A stretch of DNA of 64,000 nucleotides, taken from the NCBI GenBank assembly GCA_037379345.1, contig CM074514.1, positions 9,176,001 to 9,240,000 of the forward strand, given 5' to 3'. Below, one piece after another: positions 1 to 11,146 of this stretch. The notes beneath the pieces were generated by a model. It was not told the DNA's origin. It worked only from the letters and a program-made list of their open reading frames with translations, and made no database searches. Numbering within the stretch: position 1 is the stretch's first letter; each line of letters begins with the position of its first letter. The translations under genes and the position numbers were made by a program. The stretch is from Perna viridis (lineage: Eukaryota).

Positions 1-1342
1 TTATATTCAGTAGCAATATTTATACAAAGTACTATATAAGAACTTTAGCCATTGCTATTGAAATACATAAAGCATTTATCTTGCTAAATTAAAATCCTGA
101 AATTATTTTATAATAAAGTTACAAAAGTTACAAAAGTTCAAAATAAGTACTTACAATCACAGTAACAGTATATTCCAGAAAATAGTAGTTTATTAAACAG
201 ATCCAAAAAAGGCACTGATACAAGTTTTAAAAATGCACAGTTTATAAAGCAAATACAAAAACCAGATAGAACTAGATATTTTACATAAGACTACTCAAAA
301 TGTCTTAATATTAAAATTAGAAAAACTGACCATGTCTATATATGGTTATAACCTTGAGGTTTATAAAAATAGCCAAAAATTATTCTCAAATAAGGATAAA
401 CAGAAGACAGGTTAAAGTGTTCTAATTAGAATAACACTAAACATACAAAGTGAAAAACAAGGATGAAAACAGCTCACGAACTCAGTCAACTACGACCAAG
501 TTTACCTGCAATTAAATGTAGTATTAATTATCTATGTGATATAAAATAATAAAGTAATTAGTTTGCTGAAATAAAGATAAGAATGATTAATTTACAAATC
601 ATATAAAATAATCATAATCATTCTGAAATATGATAAAACAATTGTCAAGAAAAGAACACATATGTATGATAATATACATGTACATGTATGTACATATAGA
701 GGCTGCAAATTCAAAGTTTAGTTAATAATCTGAAATGGAATTGTACATTTCAAATGCAAATAAATATTTATTATATCAATGATACGAGAATTTGAACTTA
801 ATGTTGTCTGTGTCTTGTCTCTTTTCAGGTGAAGTGGTCGCAATATCATCCTCTGAGAATTGTAAACAGCAGTATCATCATCATTTCCAGACTGGGAACA
901 GCTGTCACTGCCAATGGTATGCGGTTCTTCTATATCAGCTTCAACATGCTTATCGTCTTGTTGGTGACCTTGCAAATTCATTCGGTTGTAAGTTTTTGAA
1001 TTATCTTCATCTGGTGAAACTGCATTCTCAAACACAAGACCTTTTTTTTCAACCACGCAGTATGACTTTTCTTTTTTTTTCTAATATTTATATTATTCTC
1101 AAGAATCAATTCATTGTTACATTATATACATATACATACTGTACATGTTACAAAATATGCACATACAAATATAAATTTAAGTTATATGCTTTTCCAAACT
1201 AAATGTTATTTACTGTTTTACAAGTTTAACTCTACAATTTCATGATAGAATTTTCAACGATATATTGTCACAGCATATAAAGTTATCATAGTAATGACCC
1301 AAGGTAACAATGTTCTGATTCTTAAACATTTTCTGATTCTTA

Positions 1343-1882
1343 AACATCCCTTCGGCTCCTGCGTATGGAGTGTTCATATCACAAATCATACGTTATGCCA
1401 GAGCTTGCCAAAACTACGCAGACTTTTTGTATCGCGCTAGAACTCTAACAAATAGGCTTCTGGAACAGGGTTATGTTCCTACAAGATTGAAGTCATCACT
1501 ACACATCACTACAGAAGTTTTATGGTCGTTATCATGAACTCGTGGATCGTTATGGTGTATCCATCAGCACCATGAGAACTGATTTATTCAACGGGTCATG
1601 GTTTTCCTTCCCTCGTTTGTCTACCCCGGACTTGACTTTTTATGAGCAACTCGGCGGGTGTTTCTAGAAAAGCAGAGGACGCTTACCCTACCGGTGCACC
1701 TGGTCCATGCTCCCAGTTTTTAGTGGAGCCCGAGTTGCTCATTTACTTTTGTTACTTTGTATGTATGATTTTAGTTACTTTATGTTCTTTGTTGTGTATG
1801 TCTGCTTTCCATGTCTGGTCTTTGTCCCTGGATTATATTCTTTTGATTACCGCTATAACCTTGGTTCCCTTGATTACTCTTT
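1343..1882 (+). repeat. 5' pseudo-LTR (RT C-terminus plus 3' UTR duplicated upstream of the ORF)
   Basis: Near-identical to 4788-5311; differs by a 10-nt CATCACTACA duplication, a short indel and a few substitutions. Confidence 0.92.
1644..1740 (+). ncRNA. Putative structured RNA element of the Naiad 3' UTR/pLTR
   Basis: 11-bp perfect closing stem GAGCAACTCGG/CCGAGTTGCTC, inner CGGGTG/CACCTG, palindrome TTTCTAGAAA and GCTCC/GGAGC hairpin; recurs in about 10 copies in the window. Confidence 0.55.
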
Positions 1883-1963
1883 CACACCACTGGGTCGATA
1901 CCTCTGCTGGTGGATTTTGTCCCCGAGGGTATCATCAACCCAGTAATACAATTTTTAAAATTA

Positions 1964-4900
1964 ATGGTTTTAACAAGAGTAATGAAAGAAAAACTGGCTC
2001 GGACGTCGCCCAGTATAAAAAGGTCCGAACCTGACAGCAGATCGGACAGTCTGTTGTCTTGTAAGTATGTGGTGTCCCCAGATGGGAATCTTAGCACACT
2101 CACATCTGGTATGGAAAGTGCCCCGACCAATTCAACTGAAAGTACCCAATCACACGTTCAGTCTGCAGACCATCTATTCCAGTACAAAAATTCTGACCAT
2201 TTTAAAATTATCAAACCATGTTCCATCACTTTAAACGATATATTTGACTACAACGATGACGAACCACATTGTACCATATCAAAATGTGGTATTAAAAATT
2301 GCAAAACATGCAACATTCTTATAACCGACCCTTACTTCTCCAGTTCCCTTACAAACAAAACCTTCCATACAAGAAGTCACGATGACTTAAATTGCAAATC
2401 AACAAACTTAATATATGGATTAGAATGCAACTTATGTGGTTTAATATATGTCGGAGAAACGCAAGAACGATTAAATAAAAGAATGTGCGGTCATCGTTCG
2501 GGAATTAACACCACCAAATTCCCGACAATTTATCAACAGTTTAATCAACAAGATCATTCAATCCTCTCCATGAAAGTTCGTATTTTAGAAAAAAATTTAC
2601 CATCCTACGAACAGTCCCGTTCTAAGTAAAAACTATCGTAGGGAAAGAGAGGAGTACTGGATACGCAGACTAGGTACTGCAATACCTTACGGATGCAATG
2701 ACAACATCAAAAGCATATGAAACCTTTCAAGCCAATATTACAATAACATAAATGTGATGAATTTATTTGACAAAAATCCAAGACAGGAAAGGAGTCATGG
2801 CCATCTCCACTATACGTCACCTAAGTTACATGATGTCTCCATAGATGGTCTCCTTCCTTTCATACAAAAACGTCTTGGAGTTCATCACATTGGAACCAAA
2901 CTTAATTCTATACCTCTCACTCTACTACACTCCCTTTACAAAACAAGACTTGACACTCCTGTTTCTGACCCCACCTCATCATTATACAGACTTGTTGCCA
3001 TCATTTTGGATATTGGTTTCCACAGACTCTTTAAACCAGTTTGTGTGAAAAGTCAAGATGAAGAAAAACGATCATTTCTTCCAATGTCAACAAATGTATA
3101 GGTGCAATTAATTTGGCTAACATACTCCATCATAAAAACGTTACCAACAAAATTCCCCCATATTTCAAAGACAAATCCATACCAATTATTTCATATTCCT
3201 ATACTTCACCCATCGCATCCAAAATTTTCAATTATAAAAGGCTATTGCAGAACCTCGAGATTGAGGACTTCAACGCTAAATCACCTGACTGTTCTTGCAA
3301 AACCTCTCCATTCAAATATGGTCCTTCTGGTCACGTCGTTACGGGAGATTTAACCATTATCGACAACGAATCTCTGCGTAATATCCTTTCTTCAGGTCAC
3401 AAGTACCGTGAACTACGCTCCATAAATTCGAATTATAACTTTAAAGTTCTTATGGATGCCGTCGAGGACTATGCAAGAAAATGGATAAAACGAGAACAAG
3501 AAGACATTGATTCTCTGTCAGAGTGATTAAAGGCCGTGAGGTCTTTAATTTTGAAACGAATGAAAGTTTTAAGTAGGTTAATGACTGCCAAGGCTACATC
3601 ATTTTTCAAAGACCCCGATGTAGCAAAGAGTAATCAAGGGAACAAAGGTTATAGCAAAAACATTGTCTACGAAACATGACAAATATGTTGTCGTACCAGC
3701 AGACAAAGCCCAAAACAACATTGTTTTTGTCTGCAAAACGTTTTATATCCAATATTTATTATCAGAGGTAGACGTAGAAATAATAGCAATGATAAGACCT
3801 ACACTGCTACCACTCTCTCCAAAGAGGAGATTGTGGAAAACCATAAATCTGTGCTATCCTCTTTTGGTCTCTCTACCAAGGACGATGATTGTGATTTACC
3901 GTCTATGTACTGGATTCCTTAACTTCACAAGAATCCATACAAACAACGTTTCATAGCTGGATGTGCAAAATGTACCACCAAACCTCTTTCAAAACTTTTA
4001 ACTTCTATACTCACAACTGTCAAAGAGGGTCTGCAGTCCTACCACAACACTTGTTTCACCCGTAGTGGTATTAATTCAATGTGGCTGCTGAAAAATTCTA
4101 AAGATCTTTTTGTGACATTCAGTTCAAGACTATTATCTGAATATAATAGCATTAAAACCTATGATTTTTCAACACTGTATACTTCTATTCCCCATACTCA
4201 GTTAAAATCCCGACTCAAAAAATTATACATAGTTGTTTTTCCAAAAAAGATGGTACACCTAGATACAAATATATAGTTCTTGGTAGAGATTTCTCATACT
4301 TTTTAAAGAATTATTCCAAATCATCTTCCAAATAAACAGAGGAAGATGTTTACAAAATGCTGGAATTTTTAATCGAATCGACAACATATTTGTCCAGTGT
4401 GGTGGACCTGTCTTTCAACAAACGGTCGGCATTCCAATGGGAAAAAATTGTGCTCCTTTACTTGCTGACCTATTCCTTCACTCTTATGAGGCTGACTTTA
4501 TAGCTGATCTGATCAGAAAGAAAGAATATCGTTTGGTTAGATCCTTCAATCTCAGTTTCCGCTATATAGATGACCTATTATCTTTAAACAATCCTAATTT
4601 CGGGGATTTGATACATCGCATCTACCCAAAAGAACTTGAGATAAAGGATACTACAGACACTGTGAAGTCAGCCTCATATCTTGACTTACACTTAGAAATC
4701 GATGGTAAAGGAAAAGTATTGACCAAACTTAACGATAAACGTGATGACTTTTCATTCAGAATTGTCAACTTTCCTTTCATCTGTGGCAACATCCCTTCGG
4801 CTCCTGCGTATGGAGTGTTCATATCACAACTCATACGTTATGCCAGAGCTTGCCAAAACTACGCAGACTTTTTGTATCGCGCTAGAACTCTAACAAATAG

Positions 4901-5036
4901 GCTTCTGGAACAGGGTTATGTTCCTACAAGATTGAAGTCATCACTACAGAAGTTTTATGGTCGTTATCATGAACTCGTGGATCGTTATGGTGTATCCATC
5001 AGCACCATGAGAACTGATTTATTCAACGGGTCATAG
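1964..5036 (+). pseudogene. Naiad PLE EN-RT ORF, broken by frameshifts and stops
   Basis: ORF pieces 1910-2629, 2754-3101, 3113-3526, 3663-3956, 4079-4276 and 4437-5036 join into one polyprotein starting at ATG 1964 (MVLTR). Stops fall at expected conserved residues, e.g. SLSE*, WIP*LHK. Confidence 0.9.
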
Positions 5037-5311
5037 TTTTCCTTCCATCCTTTGTCTACCCCGGACTTGACTTTTTATGAGCAACTCGGCGGGTGTCTCT
5101 AGAAAAGCAGAGGACGCTTACCCTACCGGTGCACCTGGTCCATGCTCCCAGTTTTTAGCCCGAGTTGCTCATTTACTTTTGTTACTTTGTATGTATGATT
5201 TTAGTTACTTTATGTTCTTTGTTGTGTATGTCTGCTTTCCATGTCTGGTCTTTGTCTCTATATTACATTCTTTTGATTACCGCTATAACCTTGGTTCCCT
5301 TGATTACTCTT

Positions 5312-7990
5312 TGGATACCATAAAACAAAAATAAATCATTCGGGGAAAAAAAAGCAAAAAGAAAAAAAAAAATAAAATGAAGAAAAAATAACAAAGAAGA
5401 ATAGAGAGAATGATTTTTAATAGTGAAGAAGAGAAACCTGATGATGAAATTTCTATAATTGTTTGTTTCCATGCGATGGGTATTTATTCTATCATGATAT
5501 TTTACATAATATATAATCTTATATAATAAAATTGAAACAATTCCATAAATTATCAAAATCTTCCGGTTTTTTGTTTCTTACTGCGATTGTTTTTTCAACC
5601 ATGTATAAATCTTTTAAAATATTTTGTACTGCAGAGAGGGATAACCGTTTTTTGAAATATTTGGTTGTATAGATATATTGTTTTGTTTTGAGGAAAATAA
5701 GATTGAATACCTTGCTCTTTGGTCCTCTAGAAATATCCCCAAACAGGAAGTTCTTTTTAGTTAATGGAATACTTATTCCATTGATCAAAAACCATGAATA
5801 AATTTCTGTCAGTAGATCTTGAATCTTATCACAATTCCTAAGTAAATGTTCTAAAGTCTCAATTTCCTCTCCACAGAAGGTGCAATTATCATCGTCTGTG
5901 GCATTTATTTTTTTTAAGAAACTTATTTGTTGCCAAAATTTAGTGGTTTATCCTATATTGGAGCCACTGCAATTTTGTTATCTTGGTGACCAAAAATGGA
6001 AGTTTGAAGAATTCCCCCCATTCGGATTCATCTACATTTAATATCTCATCCCATTTTCTCTGTCCATTTGGAACAAGATAATTTTTTATCAACACTGTAT
6101 ACATATCTTTTGTTCCTTTTGTGCTTTTCAAAAATAAAGCTATAGATGTCGGAATAAAAGGACAAAACGTGTTGAAATTTTCAGAAATAAATTGCATTTT
6201 GGCTTTACCTAAGGCAGACAATAAACTGTTATATTTCATAGTGTCGACAATTATATCATATTTTGCTGTACTTCTAAACGGGAAAAAATTTTTCCATCAT
6301 CCTTTAAAATATCATTGACATAACATATACCCTTTTCAAACAGCTCTTTATAAAAGATGCAATTATTATCAACTGTGATTTTTGTATTATACCATAATGG
6401 ACTTCGAATAAAATATTCCCAATTTTCATGTCCATCAATATCAATAACAATATTCCATGCTTTAAACACATCGTTCCAAAATTTATTTTTACAATTTACA
6501 GTCATTGCATATTTACTTCCACATTTCAACAAAATGTCTTTATTTACAGAATTAAATAGTATGGTGAGCATGTGTTAATCAGGGATCTTATATTTGTAAG
6601 TTTAGCATTGTAATTCATATCAGGCATATTTTCCAAGTTAACATCAAAATTAATTCCCAATAATGTGAAAGAAGTATTACCCCAAGAAAGCCTTCGCCCT
6701 GGACATAATATGTCCTCACTAAATTTTTTGCTACCCATCCAAATGACTTGAGTTTTATTAAAGTTTATCTTTAGTCCAGAAACATTTGCATACCAATCAA
6801 GTTCTTCCATGGCAGCCTTTAATGACTTTTCACTACCATCTAATATCAAAGATGTATCATCTGCATATTGTGACAGTTTGTGTGTCACTTGTGTGACTGT
6901 AATACCTGAAATATTCTCATTTCCCCGAACCTTTATGGCTAGAATCTCTGCACAAAGGATAAATAAATAGGGTGACAGAGGATCTCCCTGTCGACATCCC
7001 CGGCTTATATTAAAGAAATCAGAGATGTTTCCCCCTTGGACAATGGCTGACTTTATATTTTTATAAAATACTTTAATCATATTTATAATTGAATCACCAA
7101 AAATCAAAGAAATTCAAGACATTAAATAAGAATTTTCATGAAATTGAATCGAATGCCTTTTCAAAATCTATCAATAGTAAACGACCTGGTATATCATTCT
7201 CTTCTGTATATTGAAGCATATCATAAATCATTCTAATATTGTCTCCAATGTATCGACCACTTATAAAACCTGTTTGGTCTAGATTGATAAGTTTATCTAG
7301 GAATTTGTTTGTTCTATTAGCAATTACCCCAGAACCAATCTTATACACAGTATCCAGAAGAGTTATAGGAACTGTCTCGGTTTGTTATCTTTTGGCAGAC
7401 AAGTTATTATACCCTGTCGTTGTGTTACAGAAAGTTCACCTTGTCTAACTCCATAATTCAATAATTATACAATAAATACCTTCAAGTCCTTAAAAAATTT
7501 AAAAAAGTCCGCTGAAAACCCATCAGAACCTGGGGATTTATTGTTTTTCATATTTTTCAGTCTCACTAGCTTCAGACATTGTTATCTCCCCTTCCAAAGA
7601 CATTTTTCCTTATCAGATAATTTGTTAAAAGAGTAGTGCTCATGATCACTGTTAAGATCTTGAAAATCATAATAAGTTAATGTACTGTCTTTACATGTGT
7701 AAAGATCTTCATAAAATTTCTTAGTTTCATCTAATATATCAAACTGTTTTATTATAAGACTACCATCCTTCTTTTCAATTTTTGGTATGATTTGAAAAAT
7801 TTCTAGACTCAAGACCACAAAAGTATTTCGATGGCTTTTCCCCTTCCTCAATTCATTGTGCTCTAGCACGAATCAGGTTACCTTTCAATTTTTCCTTTCT
7901 CAAATTTTCCAACTTTTTGTTGTCTAATTCATGTATTAAGTCATCAGTTGACTGTGACTCTATTCGTTCAATATCATCAGTAAGTGGAGG
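5312..7990 (-). mobile_element. L1/Tx1-clade LINE, 5'-truncated and degenerate ORF2 (RT plus C-terminal Zn-finger region)
   Basis: Minus-strand motifs QTGFISGRYIGDNIR, DFEKAFDS, RGCRQGDPLSPYLF, SQYADDT, LQWLQYRINH and a CxxC near 5870-5885; several frameshifts. The 3' UTR probably continues at ~1066-1342 on the other side of the Naiad insertion. Confidence 0.88.
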
Positions 7991-10979
7991 GGACCAAAGC
8001 AACATCAATAGAAAAAAAGATATGGGTTGCAACATCTATGAAATGGAAAAAAACATATTTGATTTAGAAATTTTCTTAGTGTTTTCATTAAAAACATGTT
8101 CTAAATTTGCCTTCCTGAATTTTATTTCCAAATAATGAATAATTTTGGCATTTTGTTTACTTTTTTCATCATTTTTCTGTGTAAATGTAACAAAATGTGA
8201 TAAAACCATCTTTTTTTTTTATTAAAAACATAAAGGAAAAGTCAATTTCTTTTAATTTTGTCTAAAGAAAATGTCGAATTATGCAAATGTCCTGTAGAGC
8301 AAGCCAACAAGTTGTGAACTTCTAAATCATGGGTTTTTGCTCAAATCAGCTGTTGTGAATAATATTTATTTACACAGGGGATAATAATTTTGTCCCCACT
8401 TTTTGAATTGTTTCTGGTTTTTGTATCATTTTATTTTTTTATTACAATTTTATATATTTTTTTTTATATCAAAGAAGTACTTTAAAAATTGCTTTTATTT
8501 GTTGTAATTGTGTTTTTTTTTCCACATTTTTACCATATTAAGAATTAGATAATTCATGCTTATTTTCTAATGAGTGTTTTTGTTGAAGCAGCTTTTATTA
8601 CTGATAAGATAATTATCTAAGAATAATTACCACTTTAGATTTTGAGAAAATCTTTGTTTAGAAGAAAGTTTGAGAAGTTTTTTTTATATAAGTGGTCATT
8701 TTTAGATTTTTTCTAGTATAAGAAGGTAGTTAAGCAAGGATCACAGTGGATGTGCTTGAATCCAATTTGCCGGATCAAAAGTTGCTGGATTTAACCGAAA
8801 CTTGTCGTCAGAATGATGGCATATATATCAAAATTGTCAAAAAACTTCTTTATTTTGAATTCCAGAACTTGACCGCAACTAATAGGTACGAGATCACAAT
8901 TATCTGCCCTTAGCTTTTCGTTGTATACGAATATAGTTCCTATTTTAATAGGGTTTTTTTTTTAAATTAGACAACCTTACCTTTAGATATTATCTTTATT
9001 TTTTGGTTCAATTGAAAGAAGAATAATGGAAATAATTTAATAGATGACTTTAATTAGTAAAAAATACATATAGGGTGTGATTTGGTGAGATAAGAAAAGG
9101 TCAACTTTTTGGCCTTTGGAACCCATTGTTAGGCAAATTTGAGGGGGTGTATGTGTTGAGGTAGTTAAAATTGAAAAATGATGGTGAAAATTTCTAATTT
9201 TTTTATGGAAGTTTAAGGTAAGATAGTTTATTTAGCTGCCAAAATTTCATTTGATTAGAAGCGGTAGATTTTTTTTAATTTGAAAAATGCTATAATAAAC
9301 TCTGTGTGAAAATTAATTGTGTCCTCGTACCTGAAACTGTAAATTGTTTATTTTAATAAACCTAGCTGACCTATCACTTAGACATACAACAGTCGAAAGC
9401 GGAAGAAAATATGTAAGAGGTATACGAAATGTTCAAATGCAATCGTACAGAAAAACGTTTTGTGTCAATTGTAGAGGAGGAAAATTTTCCAAAATGTTGT
9501 AGATCTAAGATTTTTAAAACATTTCAACAAGCTTTGTTTAATTGTGTTTTAATTGATTATTTATGATTTCTGTAAAAATAAATCTGTACAAATCAACAAA
9601 ATAACAAGCAATTGCAGATTTCCAAGGGAAATAGTGCGCTGAACCCTTGTGAAATATTTTTACCCTTATTTGCAACATTATGCAATGTTTTTTGGTTCAT
9701 ATGCACTTATTACGTATATTTACAGTTTTTAGCATAAGTTTTAACGATATTAATCGGCATGCATTTTATATGGGTTTAACATTTACTTCTTGATTAATCT
9801 TTACAAGAAGTTATTGAATTAAAAAAAAACCGGCTTTCGGATTAGATAAAACATATTGCTTATAATCTAATAGACTAATTTTTATTATATGACTGTGACG
9901 TCATCAATCTTTTATTGGGATTGATCTTATTATCAAATTTTGATACTGAAATTAAACATGAAGAATGGCTATTTATTAGTTTTATCTCTTTTTATGACAT
10001 TTCACACACTGCCGTCTTGCAAACCTGCAAATAACCCGTAGTTCCGGGTATTGTCATTAATCTGTTTTGACTTGATTGGACCATAAGTGTTAAAGCCAAG
10101 ATCACAAATAATTTTGAAACCAATGCACAGATAAAAAGTGTATACATCTTCCATATATTATAAAATGGAGATCAGTTACTTTGAAATTGAAAATAAAGGA
10201 ATTTTAGGAATTCTTAATTTCATTATAAAGTTTTTTTAAGTTACATTGAGTTACGATTTAAATGGAACCTAACATCTCCTTAAAACTTATTTGGCTCATT
10301 TTATTTTCTTGAAATTTTATTAAGTGTTTGACTTTGATGAAAAAAAGCAAAATATATAGATTTGAAGAAATCTTACGCATATTTTTCATTGGAATAATTG
10401 TAAGGAACATATAGTAGCTTGTTCAACAAAATTATTTATCACTAAGATGTCTTGAGTTTGATATCAGAATGTCTTAAAATATTTTTTTTTCTGATTTCTA
10501 CCGAGTTATTCCCATAGGTTTTGTGTTTCCCTTTCAAAGATTTTAGTATACTCAATCGATTGGAAGTTTACGTCCCCTCAAATTTAAAAATACCATAATT
10601 TATACACGGATACAACACGGATACAACACGAAGTGTAGTAACGGTAGCATTGTTTAAAAACAACAAAAATACCTTGACTAAATGTGATGTATGATAGAGT
10701 GAGATACTCATAACAACATTAAAATAAATTGATAGCCGGCTGTTAGATTCTTTCTTTCATAATAACGATGGTATCCATATATTTAATGGAAACCGCAAGT
10801 ACAGATTAAATTAGCTCGTTTAATAGTGATACTCTTAAATAATTGGAGAAAACCATGGAAATAAGTGGATGACAAGTCAAATTTATCATAATTCGTAGAT
10901 TTTGGCTTTTTAGTTGATAGATTTTCCTATATCTTCTTTCTCAAAGATTACATTGAACGGACACACTGAAAAATTGTAA

Positions 10980-11146
10980 GACATAGGTCACCGAGCTTAG
11001 TTTCGAGATTAATGAGCCTAAATAAAGGCGATTTAGACATAGGTCACCGAGCTTAGTTCGAGATTAATGAGCATAAATATGGGCGATTTAAACATAGGTC
11101 GCCGAGCTTAGTTTTGAGATTAATGAGCCTAAATAAAGGCGTTTTT
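10980..11146. repeat. Tandem repeat, 3 x ~56 bp
   Basis: Unit GACATAGGTCACCGAGCTTAGTTTCGAGATTAATGAGCCTAAATAAAGGCGATTTA repeated three times with few changes. Confidence 0.9.

Larger units (their letters stand above)
1343..5311 (+). mobile_element. Naiad-type (N-terminal endonuclease) Penelope-like retroelement, near full length, with 5' pseudo-LTR; inactivated
   Basis: Domain order is GIY-YIG EN (CKTC...LIYGLECNLCGLIYVGETQERLNKRMCGH), CxC linker (DCSCKTSPFKYGPSGHVVTGDL), then PLE RT (VPADKA, YWIP, TYDFSTLYT, GIPMG, RYIDD, YLDL). 1343-1882 is a direct repeat of the 3' end 4788-5311. Confidence 0.93.

Noticed and set aside
1684-1730. Twister- or HDV-like reading of the Naiad UTR structure
   Set aside because: Only superficial similarity; the UAA cleavage loop, the pseudoknot pairings and the HDV P1.1/P4 elements cannot be formed.
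1642-2034. Recurrent hydrophobic ORFs (MSNSAGVSRK..., LLLLLCMYDFSY...) at many loci
   Set aside because: They are translations of the T-rich Naiad 3' UTR; frames and lengths vary between copies.
1964-5036. Selenoprotein recoding of the Naiad ORF (known for some Naiads)
   Set aside because: The TGA stops (2718, 3524) fall where Gly and Trp are expected, the motif cysteines use TGT/TGC, other stops are TAA, and there are frameshifts. This is decay, and no SECIS was recognised.
10980-11146. CRISPR-like array
   Set aside because: Units are contiguous tandem repeats without unique spacers, there are no cas genes, and the context is eukaryotic.
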